A stretch of DNA of 64,000 bases from Candidatus Micrarchaeota archaeon (lineage in GTDB: Archaea; Micrarchaeota; Micrarchaeia; Micrarchaeales; Micrarchaeaceae): the NCBI GenBank assembly GCA_021792775.1, contig JAJYTZ010000001.1:4965-68964 (forward strand). The letters are read 5' to 3'. Shown here in pieces: positions 9,076 to 16,933 of this stretch; position 1 is the stretch's first letter; the number at the start of each line of letters is the position of its first letter. Made by a program: the position numbers and the translations under genes. The notes beneath the pieces were generated by a model that ran no database searches, was not told the DNA's origin, and was given only the letters and a program-made list of their open reading frames with translations.

Positions 9076-9444
9076 TTGAAAATAAACGATACAAAAACAA
9101 TCAGACGTATAGGTACGGAGACAAACCTAGGGATCGCGGGGTCTAAACTCGCAAAATTCTTTGGCTATTTTATCTTTTCCATTCCGGAAAGTAGGAAAAA
9201 ATGGTGGACAGATACCAAATCTGGTTTCAAAGCCGTTTATCCTATTCTAAAGAGCGCATACGCCATATGTCCAAACCCCACAATAAAGAGCATGATGATT
9301 TTAGGTAAATTTAGGGCAAATAATACTCTCAAGGAGCACTGCGCTTTCGTTAGGCTGATGAAATTTTACATTAGGTTAGTGCGCTTATCTAAAAGAGTCA
9401 GAGGGGTGGAAAAACAACAGGTAAGTTTGCATCCGAACAAGTAA
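9076..9444 (+). CDS. Hypothetical ORF (weak)
   Basis: Only ORF of at least 60 aa in a 690-bp gap. TTG start, no recognisable motif; may be non-coding. Confidence 0.2.
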   Translation: MKINDTKTIRRIGTETNLGIAGSKLAKFFGYFIFSIPESRKKWWTDTKSGFKAVYPILKSAYAICPNPTIKSMMILGKFRANNTLKEHCAFVRLMKFYIRLVRLSKRVRGVEKQQVSLHPNK

Positions 9445-9467
9445 TCTTGCCGTTTTGAATACCGTTG

Positions 9468-10058
9468 CTACATCCTGTGCCCATACCCCTGCGGCCTTGG
9501 CTGATATGGTTTTGTGAACAGATAGAACCGTTCTGTACCTTCGAGCTCTGCCATCACGCGTCTTGATATCATCTTTGCTGGGTCCTGTATAAAGGATATG
9601 CGGGATGATATGTCTGCAAAGTTCTCGAACCTTTTCTGTTTCCTTGCCACGATTATCGCATTCAGGTTCTTTTTTCCTATTCCGGGGAGCAGCTCCAAGG
9701 AGTGCTCACGTATGTTCAGCGGCCCCGCATCGTTGAAGAAATCCGAGAACCTCTTCTCATGTTCGCGTATTATTCGGGTAAGCGCATCTGGCAGCGATGA
9801 CTTTGCTGTCTCTGTAAGCTGCGAGAACGGAATTCTTGCCTTTATCAGGGATATCTTGTCGCGGTTCTCTTTTCCTATGTAGACCCTTTCCCCTATAGAT
9901 ATAGATGTTCCCTCTTTTGGAACAGCTTCGAGAAGCGTGAAAAAGTCTTCGCCGATTACCTGTGCTATCGGCTCTGCGCGTGTAGAGAAGGACTTCCCGG
10001 TAGACATGAAGTCCAGCACAATTGCATATTCCTCTTTCTTCTCTTCGTACATTTCCAA
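9468..10058 (-). CDS. DUF655-family protein (OB-like N-terminus plus helix-hairpin-helix)
   Basis: 196 aa. EEYAIVLDFMSTGK...LELLPGIGKKNLNAIIVARK. Sits in the conserved archaeal neighbourhood rpl21e/rpoF/DUF655. Confidence 0.7.
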   Translation of the reverse strand: MEMYEEKKEEYAIVLDFMSTGKSFSTRAEPIAQVIGEDFFTLLEAVPKEGTSISIGERVYIGKENRDKISLIKARIPFSQLTETAKSSLPDALTRIIREHEKRFSDFFNDAGPLNIREHSLELLPGIGKKNLNAIIVARKQKRFENFADISSRISFIQDPAKMISRRVMAELEGTERFYLFTKPYQPRPQGYGHRM

Positions 10059-10087
10059 ACCATCTCTTTCTCAAACATCAACAAACC

Positions 10088-10414
10088 TTACACGCTATCT
10101 GCTGTCGCTTTCAGGATCTCCTCTCTCTTTTCTTCGGGAAGTGACGCCTTCTCGCTTGCGAGTATCTGTTTCAGCAGTAACTCGCTCTTCGGAAGCACCT
10201 CTAGTATCTTGTACCTTATCGATTCTGGAAGTTCCGTGCCTTCAAGTATTGAACTTACCTTTGCATACAGTTTCTTGTTGGCCTTGAACTTTGTGACATA
10301 GTCGAGTACTACCTGCTGCTCGTACTTTAGCTCTGCCGGCTTCCTTGATTTCAGTATCTCGTACACCTCTTCTATGTTGGCGTACCCTTTCTCCTTAGCT
10401 TCTTTGCCTATCAT
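10088..10414 (-). CDS. rpoF: DNA-directed RNA polymerase subunit F (Rpo4)
   Basis: 108 aa. YANIEEVYEILKSRK...ELKYEQQVVLDYVTKF resembles Rpo4/RpoF. Position next to DUF655 and L21e supports it. Confidence 0.7.
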   Translation of the reverse strand: MIGKEAKEKGYANIEEVYEILKSRKPAELKYEQQVVLDYVTKFKANKKLYAKVSSILEGTELPESIRYKILEVLPKSELLLKQILASEKASLPEEKREEILKATADSV

Positions 10415-10512
10415 ATAACCATTCTTTATTTTGGATTTATATATTGGTATTAGTTATTATGACAACTATAAATACCTTCCGTAGATACTAATATTGAAGA
10501 CAGGTATATTCT

Positions 10513-11421
10513 ATGGTTGACCCGAAGAAAGCTTATGATTCAGTGATAGAGCAGGTAAGGAAGAGGATTTCTGGAAAGGAGGAGGTTCTCAAACTTATGT
10601 TTATATCGTTGGTGGCAAATGGGCATGCGCTGCTGGAAGGAGTTCCAGGAGTGGCAAAGACAACAATGGCAAAGGCGATGGCTGACGCGGTACAGGCTGA
10701 CTTCGGAAGGGTGCAGGGAACCTCGGACCTTGAGTTCAAGGACATTGTTGGGTACACATTCATAGACAGCAACCATCAGATACAGGTAAAGAAAGGACCC
10801 ATATTTACTAACATGCTGCTTATTGACGAACTTAACAGGGCACCGCAGAGAACAGCGAGCGCGCTCCTTGAGGCGCTTGAGGAGCGTCAGGTAACCCTTG
10901 GCGACTCTACGATACCGTTAAAACAGCCGTTCATCGCCTTCGCGACACAGAACCCGCTTAATGTGGAAGGTACGATACCCATACCAAAGGTGCTTGCTGA
11001 CAGGTTCCTGATGAGGATAGAGGTAGGATATCCGAGCGTAGAGGAAGAGATAGATATGCTGAAGATAAAGGAGAGGCCTGTCGAGGCGAATGTGGAGAGG
11101 GTACTTTCGATAAGCGATATATTGGAAATGCAGAGAATGGTATCTGAAATAAAGGTCTCGGAAGAGATACTTAAATACATAACGAACGTGGTAAACCAGA
11201 CAAGGGTAGATATACATGTTGTTATGGGAGGAAGTCCTAGGGCGGAGATAAGCTTTATGCAGGCAGGAAAGGCCAGGGCGATGATAGAGGGAAGAAAGGA
11301 GGTGAGCATGGACGACATAAAGAAACTGGCTAGGCCAATACTCAGTCATAGGATAGTGGTGAGATCAACAGGAGGAATCGGAGTCAATGGGATAATAGAC
11401 GGTATAATCGCTACAACCTAG
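10513..11421 (+). CDS. MoxR-family AAA+ ATPase
   Basis: 302 aa. Walker A LLEGVPGVAKT, Walker B/sensor LLIDELNRAPQRTASALLEALEERQVT, and the C-terminal GGSPRA lid. Confidence 0.9.
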   Translation: MVDPKKAYDSVIEQVRKRISGKEEVLKLMFISLVANGHALLEGVPGVAKTTMAKAMADAVQADFGRVQGTSDLEFKDIVGYTFIDSNHQIQVKKGPIFTNMLLIDELNRAPQRTASALLEALEERQVTLGDSTIPLKQPFIAFATQNPLNVEGTIPIPKVLADRFLMRIEVGYPSVEEEIDMLKIKERPVEANVERVLSISDILEMQRMVSEIKVSEEILKYITNVVNQTRVDIHVVMGGSPRAEISFMQAGKARAMIEGRKEVSMDDIKKLARPILSHRIVVRSTGGIGVNGIIDGIIATT

Positions 11422-11436
11422 TGACATCCTCCAACG
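11419..11436 (+). repeat. Orphan copy of the 18-nt sequence that abuts the tnpB stop at 63402-63419
   Basis: tagtgacatcctccaacg is identical at both sites (read directly). Here it begins with the MoxR stop codon. Confidence 0.8.
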
Positions 11437-11463
11437 GCTTAAGCAAATAATGTAAAAGAACCT

Positions 11464-12318
11464 CTATTTGTAAGCGATGATTCCCCTATAACTTTTACTG
11501 ACTTTTCTAAATCCCGCCTCCTGCAGCCTGTTAACAGCGCCCTTTGTGTAATTTACCTTGTACTCACGTGGCGTCCTTCCCCCTCCTATGAAATGGTATA
11601 GAGTCCCGCCCTGTTTCAGCACCCTATATAGTTCCTTATAGAAACTTAAGGAGTATAGATCACCTTCTATTTTAACATTTGGTGGGTCGTGCAGTATTGA
11701 ATCAAATTTGTTATCATTGATTTTCACAATAGCCTTAGCAACATCAATATTTTCCAGTTCTATACTTTTACTCTCGAAAGTTTCTCTTGACCAAGGATTA
11801 GCCTTGGCAATTTCAATCACATCATTTGACAATTCACAAGTATACACGCTTGTTGCCCCTTTTTTGATTAGTTCGATTGATGTATATCCAAGGCCAAAGC
11901 ATGTGTCAAAGACATTGCCAAAGATACGCCCTAGTGTATTAACCTTGTTTTCTGCTTCTTCAGTAGGTTTAGAAACCGAAACCGTGTGCATCACGCTACC
12001 ATTTATCCATAACGTTGGCGGCCAATCGATGTGCGATTCATATAGTTTGTAAGCCCTGTTTTCACTGAACAGATACATATAAAGTAAGGAGTTGTTTTCT
12101 ATTAAAAAACAATCTTCAAGGTGGCGTTTCTTATTTGCATTTCCAAGTATTTTCAGCTCTATTGTTTGCCCACCAGGGAGAAGAAATTCGTTTTCGGACT
12201 TGGTAACTTCTGTGGTGGTGAGCCCTAGGTCCAGGCTTATTTTTATCTTACCTGGTTTAGCTTTGAGAAGCCTCTCTATATGAAAACCGGAGATTACAAA
12301 CTTTTGATATTCATTCAT
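11464..12318 (-). CDS. Class I SAM-dependent methyltransferase with DPP motif (predicted archaeal methyltransferase family)
   Basis: 284 aa. Motif I VFDTCFGLGYTSIE and motif IV SILHDPPNV (amino-methyltransferase type). Locally AT-rich. Confidence 0.65.
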   Translation of the reverse strand: MNEYQKFVISGFHIERLLKAKPGKIKISLDLGLTTTEVTKSENEFLLPGGQTIELKILGNANKKRHLEDCFLIENNSLLYMYLFSENRAYKLYESHIDWPPTLWINGSVMHTVSVSKPTEEAENKVNTLGRIFGNVFDTCFGLGYTSIELIKKGATSVYTCELSNDVIEIAKANPWSRETFESKSIELENIDVAKAIVKINDNKFDSILHDPPNVKIEGDLYSLSFYKELYRVLKQGGTLYHFIGGGRTPREYKVNYTKGAVNRLQEAGFRKVSKSYRGIIAYK

Positions 12319-12660
12319 AATGAATAGTTAGGCTACTAACTTTATTATTGATACTATGAGCGACATTTGGTCGCTAACTCTGGCAGGTGTTTCTCCGGTG
12401 GGTGTGGTTTCAGGTGCACATCAACCTTTCTTTGATGATATTCGACATAGAGTTTATACCAAAACTTCTAAGGAATTTTGGTCTTTCGTACTTTTCATCC
12501 GCATATTGGTATTATGGTGATATCCTCTTCCAACTGACAGTTGAGAGCTTCCAGAGTGGCTATGATTGTTCATAAATCAATGAATAGCCACTCCTCGTTT
12601 TTAAACAAGGCTCACGCCACTAACCCACCATCGAAATGACGGGGTTGCGGGCCGGATCGT

Positions 12661-13719
12661 TTATCGGAGAAAGCAACCGTTCTTTCCTATGAGCACATCA
12701 TCTTCGAACCTTACACCTCCAAATCCAGGTAGGTAAATCCCTGGTTCGTCGCTGAACACCATATTTTTTGCGAGTTTTATGCCTGAAGGGATGGTCTGAC
12801 CATCATGAACATCTATCCCTATACTGTGCCCCAGGGCGTGTATGAATCTTCCTTTGTATATACCGCCTTTGTAGTTGTCTATGCGAGATGCGGCAGCGTT
12901 ATGGGGGGCCGATGCGCTATTCCCTGCATACATCTCTTCGAGAGCGGCTGTCTGCGCCTCTTTGACCACCCCAATCATCTCTGACAGTTTAGCGAATCTG
13001 CTTGAACCCTTGTCTGGTTTGAAGATTGTGGTTCTGCTTATGTCAGAGCAGTAGTTCTTGTATATTCCGCCAACATCGAAAAGCACTCCCGCATTCCTTT
13101 CCAGCTTTTTCTTGCCTGGCATATAATGCGGCATGGATGCGTTAGCGCCGAAGGCGACTATAGAATGGAATGATGCTCTCGCCCCGAGTTTTGCTTGGTT
13201 GAATTCGAATAGGGAAGCCACTTCCTCTTCTGTCTGCCCCTCTTTCAGACTGCGCATGGTTTCTTTGATTGCGCGTTTCGTTATACGTACTGCCTTTCTT
13301 ATCGAGTCGATCTCTTCCGTATTCTTTATGCTTCGCGCCGCCTGTAGGTTTGGAGAAGCATCGACCAGGCGCTTTGCTCTGGTAAGTTTTGAGATTCGCT
13401 TTGCATATGAGACAGGGATAAAAGAACTGTTTATTCCGACCTTTTGACCGTACAGGGATTTGAGGTTGAGGGCCTGGGACTCTTTGTTGACACATATCAC
13501 TTCGAGGGATTTTTCCGCCTGAAGCCTTGCGGCTTCCTCTTCAAGCTTACTCACGAGGAGCACTGCCATGTCTGGCGTAGCGATGAGGATTGTCTGTTCG
13601 AATATCCCGCTGGTAAAACCTGTCAGATATTTGAAATTGCTGTCCTGCTGATCGGTATTCATTGTAAGGAGCGCATCGAAATCCGCGTCTTTGAATATCG
13701 AACGGAGTTTTCTTTTCAA
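12661..13719 (-). CDS. Xaa-Pro aminopeptidase/dipeptidase (M24 family)
   Basis: 352 aa. Metal-ligand motifs FDVGGIYKNYCSDISRT, HALGHSIGIDVHD, SDEPGIY and GGVRFEDDVLI. Confidence 0.85.
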   Translation of the reverse strand: MKRKLRSIFKDADFDALLTMNTDQQDSNFKYLTGFTSGIFEQTILIATPDMAVLLVSKLEEEAARLQAEKSLEVICVNKESQALNLKSLYGQKVGINSSFIPVSYAKRISKLTRAKRLVDASPNLQAARSIKNTEEIDSIRKAVRITKRAIKETMRSLKEGQTEEEVASLFEFNQAKLGARASFHSIVAFGANASMPHYMPGKKKLERNAGVLFDVGGIYKNYCSDISRTTIFKPDKGSSRFAKLSEMIGVVKEAQTAALEEMYAGNSASAPHNAAASRIDNYKGGIYKGRFIHALGHSIGIDVHDGQTIPSGIKLAKNMVFSDEPGIYLPGFGGVRFEDDVLIGKNGCFLR

Positions 13720-13788
13720 GCCGCTGATGTAGACACCCCTTACATATTAATTACCAGATTATAAATATCCTTTTGCGCATATTCTTTT

Positions 13789-15012
13789 ATGGAGGCTGCA
13801 TCGCAGGTCGTGAAGGTTAGGCGTTCTACAGACGTATACAAGAACATGCGGGATTCCGGCATGATCTCTAAATATTACAGGATGAGCGCAGAGAGATTGG
13901 TCTGCGAGAAGAGCATAGAAGGCGCCTCCCCGACTGAGATCTTCATAGGAAGGTATGGATATCCGAAGGTTTTCGCAGGGCCTATGGTACCCCGAGAATT
14001 TGGAGACACATCGGTGCTTAGCTCTCCCGAAATGTGGAGGTCTATGGGCATACCGCAGATCTTCGAGATGAGGTTCAAGCTCATACGGGGAATGTTTCTC
14101 ACAGACGTGAAGAGGTTTGGGGAAGATAGAAGAATGGATAGCATAACAGAACTTGCTATGGCGGATAGGCCAGTCGATTCGGAGATGAGGCTTGCTAGGG
14201 TAAGCCCATATAGGAAGGATAAGGGGGATGTGGTAGAACCGTTTGGTTTGAGCGGGATACTTTCTTCTATTGGAATATCCAATGTGAGCACAGACAAGAA
14301 GCTAGAGAGCAGGTATGACGATACAGACATGCGGGCAGCTGATGCGGTAGTTGATCTGTACACCAGAGGGGTTAGCGTATCCAAGATAAGCAGAGCCCTC
14401 TCCGCAGGCACGTTCGGATTAGGCAGACATAGGAAGTTAGTCCCAACAAGATGGAGCATAACTGCTGTGGACGATACAATATCAAAATCCATTCTGTCTG
14501 AAGTTAAGTGTATGGATACCATCGACCATATAGAGATTTACAACCACGTCTCGTTGGATAACAGATGGATGATAATCGTTATGCCGGGAAGATGGGAATA
14601 TGAGTCGATAGAGGCGTGGTACCCAAATACCACGTGGAATGAAAATCCGAATGAGATATCAATATTCTCCTCAGCAGAGGGGTTTGATGGAAAAAAAGGA
14701 TATGCCGAAATAGGGGGCTGTTATTATGCTGCGCGGCTTGCGGTAGCTGAAAAACTTTCGAGAAAAATGGTGCAGGGCAGGGTACTCATATTGAGGGAGG
14801 TACATGACGGGTATGTGCTACCTGTAGGAGTATGGAATGTGAGGGAGCATGTAAGGGAGGCGTTAGAGGGTAAGCCGATTCTCATCGATAATGAGGCTGG
14901 TATACTCGATAAGATATCTGAGATGTTTGACATATCGGAAAAAGAGTGGATAAAAAACAGTATTATCCTTAAGAAGCTGTTCCTTCAGAAAAGGATGGTT
15001 GCTTATCTGTGA
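13789..15012 (+). CDS. nreA: NreA-family archaeal DNA repair protein (DUF650/DUF651)
   Basis: 407 aa. SPTEIFIGRYGYPKVFAGPMVP and RKLVPTRWSITAVDDTISK...PGRWEYESIEAW match the Nre N- and C-terminal signatures. Confidence 0.75.
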   Translation: MEAASQVVKVRRSTDVYKNMRDSGMISKYYRMSAERLVCEKSIEGASPTEIFIGRYGYPKVFAGPMVPREFGDTSVLSSPEMWRSMGIPQIFEMRFKLIRGMFLTDVKRFGEDRRMDSITELAMADRPVDSEMRLARVSPYRKDKGDVVEPFGLSGILSSIGISNVSTDKKLESRYDDTDMRAADAVVDLYTRGVSVSKISRALSAGTFGLGRHRKLVPTRWSITAVDDTISKSILSEVKCMDTIDHIEIYNHVSLDNRWMIIVMPGRWEYESIEAWYPNTTWNENPNEISIFSSAEGFDGKKGYAEIGGCYYAARLAVAEKLSRKMVQGRVLILREVHDGYVLPVGVWNVREHVREALEGKPILIDNEAGILDKISEMFDISEKEWIKNSIILKKLFLQKRMVAYL

Positions 15013-15031
15013 TCTCTAAAAAACCCAAGGC

Positions 15032-15502
15032 TCAGTTTATGTTGTATATTATCCTGCCTGCGACTGTGTGGGCATATCCGCTAATGGAGCTGGTGTACTC
15101 CAATATGATGTATCCCTTATAGTAAGCCCCGAGCGTACTGTTGAAATCCTTTCCTGAGGAATAACATTGCAATGTCTCTGAAAAGCTGCCTCCGTTAGGC
15201 ACGTTTGCCGGGATATAAGATAGGATGGGGGATGAGGATGCGTTAGAGTCGCAGCCCATGTAAGTTGTGGTTATGTTGTAGCCAGTACGCTGTAGTATGG
15301 AAACATTCAGTATGCCGTTGGAGTTGATGGTATATGAGGTACAGGTAAAGTTGTACTGGAAGAAGCATAAGTTAATCGGCTTCGGCGTCAGAAATCCGCT
15401 GGTCACTATGACTAACACGGCTATCGTAAGTATCAGGATAGCCCAACCGTATGTGGTTACATATTCCATCGCGGATTGGCTTTTCGCACCTGGCAGTTTC
15501 AT
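15032..15502 (-). CDS. Class III signal peptide (pilin-like) protein
   Basis: MKLPGAKSQSAMEYVTTYGWAILILTIAVLVIV N-terminus; 156 aa. Confidence 0.7.
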   Translation of the reverse strand: MKLPGAKSQSAMEYVTTYGWAILILTIAVLVIVTSGFLTPKPINLCFFQYNFTCTSYTINSNGILNVSILQRTGYNITTTYMGCDSNASSSPILSYIPANVPNGGSFSETLQCYSSGKDFNSTLGAYYKGYIILEYTSSISGYAHTVAGRIIYNIN

Positions 15503-15516
15503 AATTCTTTTCTGGA

Positions 15517-15975
15517 TTATCCCACCTTTGCAACTATCTTTCCTAGTTCAGTGAACGGAAATCCGTTCTGTGTATCTATATACCTTACAACGAAATACCC
15601 TTCGTATACGGATCCTGTGCTTCCTGAGAAAATAGTTCCATTATCATAGCAACTAACTGTTGTGGAATAGTTCTCTTCCGGCGAGAGGGTTACCTCCGGG
15701 GACAGTGTAGTCATGTTTGTCAGTGAACCGGCGATGTTGCACCCAACTGCGGTTATGTTTATTGGATATACTATGTTGTTTGGCGCTATGTTTATATTTA
15801 GGCTGCCTGTACCTGAAAGACTAAAGCTTAAGCAGGAAAAATCAGGAAATATGCATTCTGGAGTCACATTTGGGGAAAAGAAGCCTGATGCGTAAAGAAC
15901 CGAGAGTACTATACCGACGATTAGTATCGCCCACCCGTATGTAGTCAGATACTCCATTGCTGATTGCGACTTCAT
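15517..15975 (-). CDS. Class III signal peptide (pilin-like) protein
   Basis: Internal start MKSQSAMEYLTTYGWAILIVGIVLSVLY at residue 167 of the 318-aa track ORF. The upstream part of that ORF is unrelated (a TnpB stub). Confidence 0.7.
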   Translation of the reverse strand: MKSQSAMEYLTTYGWAILIVGIVLSVLYASGFFSPNVTPECIFPDFSCLSFSLSGTGSLNINIAPNNIVYPINITAVGCNIAGSLTNMTTLSPEVTLSPEENYSTTVSCYDNGTIFSGSTGSVYEGYFVVRYIDTQNGFPFTELGKIVAKVG

Positions 15976-16161
15976 CTGAGTGAGCCAAACATTCATCCTG
16001 TACTCTGTAAGCGTCTTCCCTGCTTCTCTGTAGTATGCCTTTGACTTTTCAAGAAGAAGATTGTAGAGTTCTTTTGCGAGCGCCATCTGCCTGTTAAGGA
16101 TAGATTGAGCATCTTTAGATGGATATGCCCTGTATTTATATGCAGTTTTCACGACGGCCAT
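15976..16161 (-). pseudogene. tnpB: N-terminal stub (62 codons) of an IS200/IS605-family TnpB, fused in frame to the pilin-like gene
   Basis: MAVVKTAYKYRAYPSKDAQSILNRQMALAKELYNLLLEKSKAYYREAGKTLTEYRMNVWLTQ carries the characteristic TnpB N-terminal AYK(Y/F)RxYPxxxQ motif. It is followed directly by MKSQSAMEY... Confidence 0.6.
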
Positions 16162-16368
16162 ATCTATTACACCGTTTATTATGCTATTAAAGTTTATACC
16201 CCTTTCCTTTTGTCTTTCTCTGCGTTCGCCCTCATTTCGCCTTTCAAAGAGGCGGGTTTTCTCGCTTGCCTTTATAAAAATATATGGCATTGTGGTAAGC
16301 TGGGCTCTGGACCAAACCTGCTTTAGATAAGGTTTTATATCTGAATAGGGGACAGTACTATTGATAAT

Positions 16369-16710
16369 ATGGAGATGACACAAAAACAAGTTCCGCATAT
16401 AAGCAAAGAGAACACGCATTATGGATTTACTAGCAAAACCGTTCAGATAGGAGGTGAAAAAACTCTCTATCAAATAGTGGCTACTGGGAATTTCGGGAAC
16501 GTTAGGAAAGGCGATGTAGGGGGATTTATAGAAAGCGAAAAGAATCTTGATTTTAATTCAAACGCATGGGTTCATGCCGGCGATATGGTTTTGGGCCGTG
16601 CGCGGGTTTATGACGGCGTGTTGGTTTCTGACTACACGGAGATTCCTACCTATGGCGCGGGAGTGTTTGAACTTGATAAAACTCCTGCAAAGGATAGGCT
16701 GCGCAGGTAG
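16369..16710 (+). CDS. Hypothetical beta-helix-repeat-like protein
   Basis: 113 aa. LYQIVATGNFGNVRKGDVGGFIESEKNLDFNSNAWVHAGDMVLGRARVYDG resembles short bacterial/phage hexapeptide-like proteins I recall; not verified. Confidence 0.35.
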   Translation: MEMTQKQVPHISKENTHYGFTSKTVQIGGEKTLYQIVATGNFGNVRKGDVGGFIESEKNLDFNSNAWVHAGDMVLGRARVYDGVLVSDYTEIPTYGAGVFELDKTPAKDRLRR

Positions 16711-16933
16711 AACACACCCCTTTGCATACATTCCTTCCAGAGATAAAAGGCCTGGATGGTTTTTGGAAAGAATCGTAACCTCAATAGGTACTTCTCAAAA
16801 GAGACATGTCTAGACAGCATATCAGGAGGGAAAATAACCAAAAGCGTAAACCAACCAAAGGATATCGTTGACTTTTTGTCTCAAACTCTGAGATTCCGCA
16901 AAGTATATATTTTTGATATGAGAGTTTGATGAG

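Noticed and set aside
12319-12660. Possible transposase or gene debris in the 340-bp gap between the methyltransferase and the peptidase (e.g. minus-frame TIIATLEALNCQLEEDITIIP, KFWYKLYVEYHQRKVDVHLKP)
   Set aside because: Frames are broken every 10-35 codons and I could not match them to any family with confidence. Left unannotated.
15976-16473. N-terminal 166 residues of the 318-aa track ORF as part of one pilin protein
   Set aside because: The pilin signal peptide (MKSQSAMEY...) must be N-terminal. The upstream part is a TnpB stub plus unrelated read-through.
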